This document shows, one piece after another, positions 53,101 through 64,000 of a stretch of 64,000 nt of DNA. Positions within the stretch are counted from its first letter, which is position 1. The number at the start of each line of letters is the position of its first letter. The position numbers and the translations under genes were made by a program. Origin of the DNA: Eledone cirrhosa (Eukaryota); NCBI GenBank assembly GCA_964016885.1, contig OZ024740.1:367288001-367352000 (forward strand), read 5' to 3'. The notes under the pieces were generated by a model. It worked only from the letters and a program-made list of their open reading frames with translations, was not told the DNA's origin and ran no database searches.

Positions 53101-56100
53101 AGTTCCAACTGTCTGACAATACCGACTAGATTTCCCTAATGCGCCAGTGTGGACCTGGGCTAACCGCATAGGGTCATCTCGATCGTATATAGACAGTATA
53201 TTCATTAGGAAAATAGACAGAAATAGTGTAAGCTGTCAACGTTTTGAAACGGTCGCCTATTCAGATCACAAGTTTGTGATCTGTATGATCGACCTAGATA
53301 AGACGCGTAGGTTAGGACCTGGTTACTGGAAGCTAAACATGTCATTCCCGGCACGTAAGGTTTACAGGGACCAGGTCAACAATTTAGTTAAGAAAAAGTT
53401 GACAGGGGGAGTCGTCAACAATAGATGGTGGGGGGCTCTCAAAGGAGAGATTAGAGTAATGTCGATGTTTAGCAAATAAGTAGCGTTAGAGAAAAATAGA
53501 AAGGAGGGGGAGTTGGTAGATAAGTTAGACGAGGCTATTGGTAGTGGCATTGCAACTGACGTGCTAGCGGCGAGAATGGCATTAGACCATTTCTTCAATG
53601 CGAAACACGAAGGTTGCATTGTCAGAGCTAAGGCGCGTGCTCTGAGAAACGAGGGAACCAAACCTGTTCGATGGGCCCGCGTGGCAGAGGCGCAGCGTGG
53701 TAATAAAACCACGATTCGGTCTTTGACGGACCGAGACGGGCACGAGCTGAACGATTCCAAGGGGATGTGTGAAGCCTTTCGCCAACATTTTGCTTGGTTG
53801 TTCGGGGGAAGTGGCGGGTCAGAGATGGTGGCGGACTTCAATCCCTACCTCGATGGCTTGACGCAACTCTCGACGGCTGACGCTGGGCGCTTCGAAAGGC
53901 CAATTACTTCAGCCGAGATTCAGGATGCCCTTTTCGGCTGCATGAGGCGCAGGTCACGTTTGGATGGTCTGCACTACGAGCTTTTCGTAAATATGCCAGA
54001 CTTGTTCTCCAATCTCCTCGAACCCCTCTACTGCAACTGGCAGCAAAACGGGAGTTTTCCCAGTTCTGTTACGCTGATAGGGAAAGACGAGAACAAGAGG
54101 GACACAATAGACAATTTGGCCCAAAACTGCTAGGGTGTTAGCGAAGAGACAATTTCAGGCCCAAAACAGCTAGGGTGTTAGCGAAGAGGTTGGCGCTTGT
54201 CGTCGGGGATTTGGTTGGGGAGACGCAAACTTGCGCAATCCCAACCAGGTCCATACACGACAACCTCCACCTAATGCGATACGGTAGGGTGTAAACCTGG
54301 CTCGGTGGGGCTCTGATCAATTTAGATCAATCGAAAGCATTCGATAGGGTCGATCATCGGTACCTGGAGGCTGTCCTCAAGGCGGCTGGATTCGGCCCCG
54401 TCTTTAGAAGCTGGATCGCTGCAATGCACAGCGGCACCTGCTCGATGGTCAAAATTAATGGCCACCTCTCGGAATTGTTTCAGGTCTCCCGATCGGTCCG
54501 TCAAGGGTGCCCTCTCTCCTCTCTTCTGTACGTATAGACTCTCGAGCCTTTACTGCGGAAGCTGAAGCTGTTGCAGGGCATCCCGTTCGAACCGGGACGC
54601 GGAAAGGCTGTGTCGGCTTATGCGGACGACATCACCGTAATGGTGTCGGACACCTCAGAAATCGAGGTGGTCGGCAACTTATTGGAGGAATGTTGACGGG
54701 AGCAAAACTTAACCCGAAAAAGTCGGTGGGCTTGCAACTCGCACCTGGAGAGGCAAGTCCATGTCGTCCAACAGCGACGCTAGGCGCTAGACGGACGGTC
54801 CGGTAAAGTTGCTAGGGGTTTGGTTGGGGCCAGACCTCCAGGTGGATAAGAATTGGGACGAGGTGATGGGCAGGGTAGCCTCTCTCACCCAGAAATGGGC
54901 TGGGATGAAGCTATCACTGAAAGGTCGGGTGGAGGTGGCGAACACGTACATCGCGTCCATCATCTACTACCGTCTGACCGTTGTCCCTTACCACCGTTCG
55001 CACCTCGCCATCTTGGAGCGGCTCCTCTTCAAATTCTTGTGGAGGGATCAGGTTCCGCTGGTGAGGCGGTCCATCTGCTGCCAGCACCCTCTACGTGGAG
55101 GGCTGGGCATGCTGTGGCTAATGATGCCCAGGCTTGCGCTGAGGCTGCGGCATCTCCAGATATTCAGCCTAAGCGGTGAACAGGTGTGGTCGCCGTTTGT
55201 CAGACGGGCCTTTCCGCAGCTCGTTTCTTTGACTGAGCTGCAGTCATGGGTCAAGAAGAGACCGAGACAGGGTGACTGGCATCTGGAATGTTGCCAGGCA
55301 CTCACTGCCCTCTACCAGGCGGGCAATGCGGTCTGTGGAACTTCCACTCTAGAGTTTTATAGAGGATTAGTGGTGGGAATGTGCGACAACGCACTCGGAG
55401 AGGCTCTGGGAGTCAACGAAGTCGAACTAACCAGTCTGTACCGGAGGACTTTCGAACCTGGGACGATGGATAATTTCCAAATATCCCTCGCTCGGCAGTG
55501 CTGTCGGTTTGAGATAAACTCTACAGGCACGGAATTGCTGTCAGACGGACCTGCCCGAGATGCGCGCAGAGCGACGAAACAATTCTGCACGCACTCTTCC
55601 ATTGTCCGTGCATTACTGACTTGTGGAGTTATGTTGAACAGCTGTTGTCGCGTGCAGAACGGATCCGGCTATCGGCCGAGTCCATAGTGAAGATCGACCC
55701 GCCGCCTTCTTTGGGCCAGGAAGGGCAGACAACTTTCCTCTGTCTGGTGGCTGTAGCGAAAGAGGTTGTATGCTGGACGAGGTTGAAAGGACTGAAGACA
55801 GACACTTTTCTCTTCGGCCAATCCCTCATCAACATTTTCAAGTTTCATTTGGAAAGGAAGGTGAACGTGGAGAGAGAAGTGCTGCCCACCAGTACAATTG
55901 CTGAAAGGTGGGTGAATGTGGCGAGAATGGCCCGTTTGAGTGGGTCTACTCTGGTCATGCGGCTGTATGTAGGTAAATTTGAAGAGGAGAGGGGGTGCCC
56001 TTCCAGGGTGCTCTCGAAGCGTCGGGTTGTTCAGGATTGGTGGGGTACCTGAGCCAACCCTGGGTGGTCATCCCCCCTATTGGGGAATTTTTTCTTGTTG

Positions 56101-56232
56101 TAATTTTATTGTTATTTATTGTTATTTTGTTATTTTTATTCATATTGTTTACTCGATTTTTCTGTAAAACCCCACTGTCCCAGTCATTTGTATTGTTCCC
56201 TATATGTCGGCCCTTGTGGCCAATAAATGAAA

Positions 56233-56234
<2 letters not shown>
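50191..56234 (+). mobile_element. Near full-length decayed Tx1/L1-clade LINE (ORF1 with CCHC; ORF2 APE-RT-Zn), bounded by (ATT)n
   Basis: ORF1 pieces 50396-52560 contain CFVCGEKTHLRAFC. ORF2 from 52584: IAVSET, AIYAP, AGDWN, SRSYID, YSDH, GYWKLN, DQSKAFDRV, RQGCPLS, AYADD, KLLGVW. 3' AATAAA then (ATT)n. Confidence 0.92.
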
Positions 56235-56267
<33 letters not shown>

Positions 56268-59200
56268 GGCGCCCTACGTAGTAAATCGTATTATCGTGAG
56301 CTCCGCAAAGGTTTGTTATTTTCAGTTGTTTAAAATTGCCATTATTTGAAAATGTTTATTGTTAACTGTATATAAGTGCACATACATTGTTTTCTGAAAA
56401 GGACACTCAAAAAGATCGGGGCCTTGAGCCTAAAAATTTATACTTTTATAATTATCAAACTAAGATTTTTCTTTGAAAAATCATGGACGACTCAGGGTCA
56501 CAACTTCCTCACAAACTAACACCTCACACCGACACCACCATTGTAAATATTACTACGTTTGCCAACACTAAAAATATAAGCAGTAGCAATATTTTAAATT
56601 TGTCTCAGGCAGACATTCATTTCCCGCCATTACCAATGACTGCAGGTGTTAAAGCCGCCACCCCCACCACCACCACAGCGACAACAGAAACAAAATAAAA
56701 AAATAAGTTAACTCGTGATATCGAAATGAATTCAACCAAAATGAACTCTTCCACACTGAACACCACTGACGCCACCACCACCACAACTGAAACTAAATTT
56801 AACAATAACAAAAATAACGATAACAACAACAGCAACAAAGAAATTAAGAAAACCACCCTGAGTTTTGCCAGAGTAGCAAAAAAGTGCGAAGCAATCACGG
56901 TAACTCAGGAGGAATTAGAAGAGGGTAACCCCCTCCCCACACCTAATAAAATGGAGCATAGGCGCCTATGCACCGTGTCTTATCGGACGATTAACATAAA
57001 ATCGCGCCGAGTGGAACGGGCATCCGAGTCCCAAATCCCAAAAGCTTTGGGACATGTGTGGGCAAAAAAAACCCACATCAGACGTGGCAGAAATATGGAA
57101 CCGTGGACGTGTTCTTTGAAACAGCACAGGAGGCCAGAGAACACTCCATGGCCCTATTAAGAAGTGACGACTTCACACTCGTCCCAAGCTATTGTGGCCA
57201 GAGACTCGTGAAGATCAGGGTGACCCACATTCCACCGGCCATCGAAATTCCCTGGCTAATAGCTGCCGTCCTCGCCGGCATCGAAGCCAACACCAAGATA
57301 ATCGAAATAGCGAAAGAAAAGCAGGAGAACTGGTCCGGATCTGGGTTGGAGATCCTGATCCAAGCGGACCAAAAAAGCATTGAGGAGATCCCAGAGGTAA
57401 TAGACCTCAATGACGGCAGCCACCTCACCGTAATCGTCGAGGGAAGAAGGCCTAGGTGTGTCGTTTGTGGTGAAGGAACCCACCTCAGGGCTTTCTGCCC
57501 TCAGGCTAAAAGGTTGAGTCCACCTCTCTTACCCATCCCAGAAAAAAAAAAAAAATAAAAATAAAAATAAACCAAAAAAGAAAAAATCCTCTTCCTTCCC
57601 CCTCCAAAAACAAAATACAGAGGGAAACAAATAAACTATCCAACAAAAAAGTTAGGACACCTATGCCACCATCCATACCAGCATCACCAACCCCATCATC
57701 ACAAACATCAACACCATCACCACCATTCACCCCAACACCACCATCACCAACACCACAAAAGTCACCAAAAAGCGAAACAGAAACAAACCCACAACAAACG
57801 CAAACAAAACAAAACAACCAAAACGATACGCACTACACAGCATTACATTTGAGCAACAACCAATTATTACACTACATGCAACATAACACCAGCATCACAG
57901 AAAAAGACTACACAACAACCCAAAAGTTCACACCATCTCCACACATACACATCACTCGCATCACACAAAAACGTACACGACACTAAAACAAAAATTCCCC
58001 AAAGACATCGGAGACTTCCGACAAGCACTCTCCAGGAGGATTTATAAGGAAATCCTTCCTGAGGAGGCCACAAGCAGTGAAAAGGATGGAGAAACCATCC
58101 TTCCTCTACGAGAAGTAAGGTAAGTGGTATTTCCCATCTCTTCCACTCCATTTCAACATGACCTCACTCAGAATAGGCAGCATAAATGCGCGTGTCTTGG
58201 GGTCATCATGGATGCAGGGCCACCTGCTCAACGACCTCAGGTCACTAAACATAGATGTAGTGGCAATCAGCGAGACCAGAATCTCCGAAGCACGGGCCTT
58301 CGCACCGATCTTCGGCGGCTACGATGTGTACGCATCTCCCAGCCGTCCTGGATCGGGGGGAGAATTTGCTGTGCTTTTTCGGAGAGGTTTGGATCTTGCC
58401 ATACGGGCCATCTTCCTGGAGCCAGAAGGTAAGTTGGTGGTACTGGACGTGACCAGCGGAGACGGGCAAGCATTCAGGCTAGTGGCCGTCTATGCCCCAA
58501 CAGGGGCAGGACGGCCAGATTTCTTCAGACGTCTAGAGACCTTTCTTGGAACTGGACGCTCTTTAGTGTTAGTGCGCGACTGGAACGGGATCTTAGATAC
58601 ACGCTGGGACTGAATGGGATTAGCGGATAGGGGAGGAGGGTGCAATAGCCTCACCAACCTGCTCAGGCGTTTTGAACTCTCTGACAGGTACCGATTGGAT
58701 TTCCCGAATGTGCCAATGTGGACTTGGACAAATCGCGTCCTTACCAGCGTCCTTAGCAGCGCGCAAAGCCTACAGAGACCGGATTAGCGAACTAGTTAAG
58801 CCGGCGTTGACGGGGGCCATCGTCAACAACAAGTGGTGGTTTGCTCTGAAAAGAGCGATTAGAATAGAGTCCATTAGGTTTAGTAAGGTTTTAGCAATAG
58901 AGAAAAATAGAGCAGAGGGAGAACTAGTTAGAAAATTAGACGAGGCGCTTAGCAAAGGCATCGCGACCGACGTACTTGCGGCGAAATTGGCCCTTGACCA
59001 ATTCTTCAATGCAAAGCACGAAGGCTGCGTTGTCAGAGCTAGGGTGCGTGCTCTCAGACACGAGGGGACGAAAGCCGTTCAATGGGCCCGAACAAGGGGG
59101 ATAACATAGATAATTTCAGGCCCATAACTCTGCTAAACACAGAGTTCAAGATTTTGGCTAAGGTGGTGCTAGCAAAGACGTTAGCGATTGTCGTTGGTTG

Positions 59201-61192
59201 TCTGGGGGAGAGGCGCAGACATGCGCCATTCCCGACAGATCCATCCACGACAACCTCCACCTCATGCGATACATCGTAGAGAGGGTAGCTAGGGAACCTG
59301 GCACGGGTGGGTCCTTGATCAATTTAGATCAGTCGAAAGCTTTCGATAGGGTCGACGATCGTTACCTAGCGGCAGTCCTGAGGGCGGCTGGCTTTGGGCC
59401 CTTCTTCAGAGGCTGGACCGCTGCCATGCAGAGCGACATCTGCTCTGTGGTGAGAGTGAACGGTCACCTTTCGGAGCCGTTCAACATCATGCGCTCGGTC
59501 CGCCAAGGATGTCCCCTCTCGTCCCTCTTGTACGTATTGACTCTCGAGCCATTACTGCACAAACTGGAGACGTTGAGGGGGTCCGCGCGAACTAGGATGC
59601 AGAAGATTCGTGTCAGCATATGCGGACGATGTCACCGTAGTGGTGTCGAGCGCCTAACATATCGAGGCGATCGGCACTAGACTAAGAGAATACGAAGCGG
59701 TGACAGGATCAATGATCAACCAGGAAAAGTCAGTGGGCCTGCAACTCGGCACCTGGAGAGGCGGGTCCATGCCGTCCAACAGCGTCGTCGGGCGCTTGAT
59801 GGACGGACCGGTTAAATTGCTAGGGGTCTGGTTCGGTCCGGACCTCCAGACGGACAAAAACTGGGACGAGGTGACGAGCAGGGTGGCTTCTATCACCCAG
59901 AAATGGGCGGAGAGGAAGCTATCCCTGAAAGGTCGAGCGGAGGTGGCTAACGCGTACATCGCGTCCGTCATCTACTATCGCCTGACCGTCGTGCCTTGTA
60001 CTAAGCCTCGCTTGACTGCGCTGGAACGTTTGCTCTTTCGCTCTTTGTGGAAGGGACGCGCTCCGATGGTCAGGCGTTCCATCTGCTGTCAACACCCGCT
60101 ACGTGGAGGGCTGGGCATGCCGTGGCTGATGATGCGCAGACACGCGCTCAGGCTACGACATCTCCACCTCTTCCTCGACGGTGATCAGGTGTGGTCGTCG
60201 TTTGCTAGACGCGTCTTTCCCCAGCTCGTCTCCTTGACGGAGCTGCAGTCCTGGGTCAAGCGAAGACCGAGAGGGAGCGCTTGGAGACTGGAATGTCTTC
60301 AGGCGCTCACAGCCCCCGACCAATCGGGCAATGTGATCGGTGGAAACTCCACCATGGCGTTCTATAGAGGATTAGTGGAGAGGAAGAACGACGACGTACT
60401 TGGAGAAACTCTAGGCTTCGACGAAAATCAACTAGTCAATCTCTTCGGAAGAACTTTCGGGCCGGGGCCTATGGACAACTTCCAGACATCCCTGGCCGGG
60501 CAGTGCTACCGAGGAGCTTTGCTAGTTCGGGATAAACTCTACAGGCATGGAGGTGCCGTCAGCCAGGCATGTCCGAGATGCGCGCAGGGAGACGAAACCG
60601 TCCTACACGCACTCGTCCAGTGTCCGAGCATTGCTGACTTGTGGGTTTGTGTCGAACACCTGCTGTCAGGTGTAGGACCGATCCAGCTATCAGCTGAGTC
60701 CATCGTGAGGATTGCCCCACCGTCTTCCTTTAGCCGGGAAAGGTAGGCAGTTTTTATCTGTGGCCATGGTGAAAGAGATAGTATGGTGGACACGTTTGAA
60801 AGGGCTGAAGACGAGCACTTACCTCTTCGGTGATGCCCTGATTAGCTTTTTCAAATTTCATTTTAGAAGGAAAATCAGGGTAGAGAGGGAAGTGCTCTCT
60901 TCCCGGCATTTTGTTAAAAGATGGGTGAGAGAAGTAAGTATGGCCCGAGTATGTGTGTAAATTAAAGGTGGAAAACTGGGAGAGGGCACTTTCCTTGGTG
61001 GTCAGGGTCACTGTAGCCTTTTAATGGGCTTTCTCCACAAATGTCCTTCGGAAGTCTCCCCGCCATTGGGGAATTTTTCATTACATCCTCTGTTTTTTTT
61101 ACACGCAGAAATGCCCATTTGTACCGTCCTGTATTGTCCTGTACTGTCTTTAATGTCTACTTTATGTAAACCCTTATGGTTAATATAGAAAG

Positions 61193-61193
<1 letters not shown>
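56268..61193 (+). mobile_element. Second Tx1/L1-clade LINE (related subfamily, internal deletions), bounded by (ATT)n
   Basis: ORF1 56483-~58120 contains CVVCGEGTHLRAFC. ORF2 from 58158 (IGSINA..VAISET..VYAP), then NFRPITLLN, LDQSKAFDRV, VRQGCPLS, AYADD, CPRC..ETVLHALVQC. Confidence 0.92.

Positions 61194-61266
<73 letters not shown>
61194..61266. repeat. (ATT)n tail or target tract
   Basis: direct reading. Confidence 0.95.
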
Positions 61267-61267
<1 letters not shown>

Positions 61268-61384
61268 ACTCTGCTTAGTACAACAGCAACATACTCAATG
61301 GAAACTACGGACCGAGTGCTCATTTTGTTGAACCTACAGTAACTGGACGTTACAATCCCTACTATATATATATATATATAAACG

Positions 61385-61540
61385 ATGAACTTCCTCACAG
61401 TTTCCATCTAGGAACTTCCACTATTAAGGCGTTGGTCAGCCAGGAGCAAGAGTAAAAGTTACCTGTTCATCTGCCGCAGAGTAGTATCAATCTAGGAACT
61501 ATGTGTTTGCAAATCCTACTTCTAAATCATATAGCTGTAT
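61385..61540 (-). mobile_element. Degenerate tRNA-derived SINE
   Basis: cagtttccatcta..ccact..aaggcgttggtcagcc..ggaactatgtgtttgcaa..cttcta resembles, from memory, a common octopus SINE. Not verified. Confidence 0.45.
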
Positions 61541-62263
61541 TTGTCAATATTGTAGATCCGTACTCTATTTTCTTATAACACCTTGTACTAAATATGTTTA
61601 TGTACTAATACATAAAACTATAACAAAGAAGGGTTGAGAAATATAAACAAACGAATGTTGAGAAGAATAAGAAAGAAATAAGGATGTCTAAATCTAAAGA
61701 AAGAGATCATGAGGTGAGAGGTAGGTACGGGAAAAAATAAGTGACATGACAAAATGTCTGAAGAGACAGAAATAATGGGCAAACATTGAGTTAGGGAAGA
61801 ATTGTTTAACGTTCTCTTAACTATAAAATAATCGTCGTCACCTTCCTGTCAACGTGACGAAACTGCTTCCAATCACCTATAAAGTATAAAATAAACAAAT
61901 AAATAATGATTATGGTTATGACACTGCTGTTCCCGCTGCAGATGCCCTTGTTGTTAGATAAAATAAAACGTTTCAAGGTAAAAATATATAAGTTAACTGT
62001 CTTCGTAAATACTATAATTATTCAGTAAACATATATTGAAATGAAGTTTCAAACCATGTCTATAGACGTTTTAAATGTAATGTAAAGAAGAATATATTTA
62101 TATTTTTGCCTTTATAATTTAAGTGTTCCTCAGATGTAAAAGCATTCTTCCTTTTTGTGAAAAGGTTGAAAGGAAAAGTTTAAAGAGCAATTCCTCTAGT
62201 TATGTTAAGTCAAGTAACAATTCTTACAATTGGAACGCAATTATATAATTCTTTTTGACTTTA

Positions 62264-63176
62264 TCTATATATATAAAACTGTGGTTGTCTGTCTGTCTAT
62301 CGATTTTTGGCACACATCTCCTCTTAGAATCTCTCACGGAATTGCACCGAAATTGCTATACTTGTACATTGAGCCCTAGCGAAGACATCGGAAAAAAAAA
62401 ATTTCAAATTGACCCACCCTATGTGACGAAATCGAATATAATGTATCGATTTTTGAGCGTAAGTTATCAGTTATTTCCCTTTGTTCTGTTTACATTGAAC
62501 GTCTTACGTAAAAAATTACGCTGGCTTTAACAGTTGTCGAGCCAGCAAAATATTGACCTGCAAAATTCATCAGTTCGAACACTAAGCTTCCGTTTTGCTT
62601 CATTTCCATTTAAAAGCATTTTAAAACAATATTTTTACTTGAAAACAAGTCTATTTAAAGACTACGTCAAACAAGCAAATATTTCGTCGTTAGGCGTGCA
62701 GACAGACAGTCGTGCAGACAGACAGTCGTGCAGAGAGGTGATATACGCGTGCAGACAGACAGTCGTGCAGAGAGGTGATATAGGCGTGCAGACAGACAGT
62801 CGTGCAGAGAGGTGATATAGGCGTGCAGACAGACAGTCGTGCAGAGAGGTGATATAGGCGTGCAGACAGACATAACTGATAATTTGGTTACGCTAATGTT
62901 TTTCTCTGCGTTGCAGTGTTTACATTTTCGATCTTTGTTAATAAATAACCAGTGCAGTTTCTATCCCCAGCATCCTCTTTTGTTATAACATTCGGGTTAT
63001 CGTTATGTTTCTTAACTTCATAAGGCATATTGTTGGTTGAGGGAATATTAATCAAAAACACCACATGCAAGTCTGCACAGTAGACACTACAGTTTTTAAG
63101 CCAAGAAAGAAACTCAACATTGTAACTTTAACACAGCTACTGAGCGACCCCGAGCAACGCCGGGCTTTACTGCTAG
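62264..63176 (+). mobile_element. Non-autonomous Helitron, copy 1 (913 bp)
   Basis: 5' TC preceded by A (62263). 3' CTAG at 63173-63176 preceded by the GC hairpin cccgagc-aac-gccggg (63149-63164). No TSD and no ORF. Confidence 0.85.
62692..62872. repeat. 37-bp minisatellite inside the Helitron (also at ~63603-63770)
   Basis: gcgtgcagacagacagtcgtgcagagaggtgatatag-type units start at 62747, 62784, 62821 and 62858. Confidence 0.92.
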
Positions 63177-64000
63177 TCTATATATATAAAACTGTGGTTG
63201 TCTGTCTGTCTATCGATTTTTGGCACACATCTCCTCTTAGAATCCCTCACGGAATTGCACCGAAATTGCTATACTTGTACATTGAGCCCTAGCGAAGACA
63301 TCGGAAAAAAAAATTTCAAATTGACCCACCCTATGTGACGAAATCGAATATAATGTATCGATTTTTGAGCGTAAGTTATCAGTTATTTCCCTTTGTTCTG
63401 TTTACATTGAGCGTCTTACGTAAAAAATTACAATACACGAACAGTTGTCGAGCCAGCAAAATATTGACCTGCAAAATTCATCAGTTCGAATACTAAGCTT
63501 CCGTTTTGCTTCATTTCCATTTAAAAGCATTTTAAAACAATATTTTTACTTGAAAACAAGTCTATTTAAAGACTACGTAAAACAAGCAAATATTTCGTCG
63601 TTAGGCGTGCAGACAGATAGTCGTGCAGAGAGGTGATATACGCGTGCAGACAGATAGTCGTGCAGAGAGGTGATATAGGCGTGCAGACAGATAGTCGTGC
63701 AGAGAGCTGATATAGGCGTGCAGACAGACAGTCGTGCAGAGAGGTGATATAGGCGTGCAGACAGACATAACTGATAATTTGGTTACGCTAATGTTTTTCT
63801 CTGCGTTGCAGTGTTTACATTTTCGATCTTTGTTAATAAATAACCAGTGCAGTTTCTATCCCCAGCATCCTCTTTTGTTATAACATTCGGGTTATCGTTA
63901 TGTTTTCTTAACTTCATAAGGCATATTGTTGGTTGAGGGAATATTAATCAAAAACACCACATGCAAGTCTGCACAGTAGACACTACAGTTTTTAAGCCAA
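63177..64000 (+). mobile_element. Non-autonomous Helitron, tandem copy 2 (runs off the window)
   Basis: Head-to-tail junction CTAG|TCTATATA, near-identical to copy 1. Confidence 0.85.

Noticed and set aside
62692-62872. 37-bp repeat array considered as a CRISPR
   Set aside because: No unique spacers, eukaryotic context, and it lies inside a Helitron

Overview
Eukaryotic, AT-rich, microsatellite-laden DNA. The SINE types suggest a cephalopod such as octopus, which is an inference. No convincing host protein-coding gene was found, and nearly every long ORF belongs to a retroelement. Contents: (i) three Penelope-like elements (PLEs; RT + GIY-YIG), one with a 767-aa open ORF; (ii) at least seven families of hammerhead-ribozyme (HHR) motifs, in PLE pseudo-LTRs and in short non-coding tandem/inverted repeats. 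Two related families with 466-bp and 420-bp monomers look like non-LTR retrozymes and both keep an ATGCAAAT octamer upstream of the ribozyme. Almost all of these elements sit in (TA)n tracts. (iii) A conserved, covarying hairpin about 50-60 nt downstream of the HHR in three different PLE termini; (iv) a ~15-kb pile-up of R4/Dong-type (RT + restriction-like endonuclease) and Tx1/L1-type LINEs joined by (ATT/TAA)n tracts, with a conserved perfect splice donor just before Tx1 ORF2; (v) decayed RTE LINEs and tRNA-derived SINEs; (vi) a head-to-tail tandem non-autonomous Helitron with an internal 37-bp minisatellite. All calls come from reading the sequence by eye, and element boundaries are approximate unless stated as exact.
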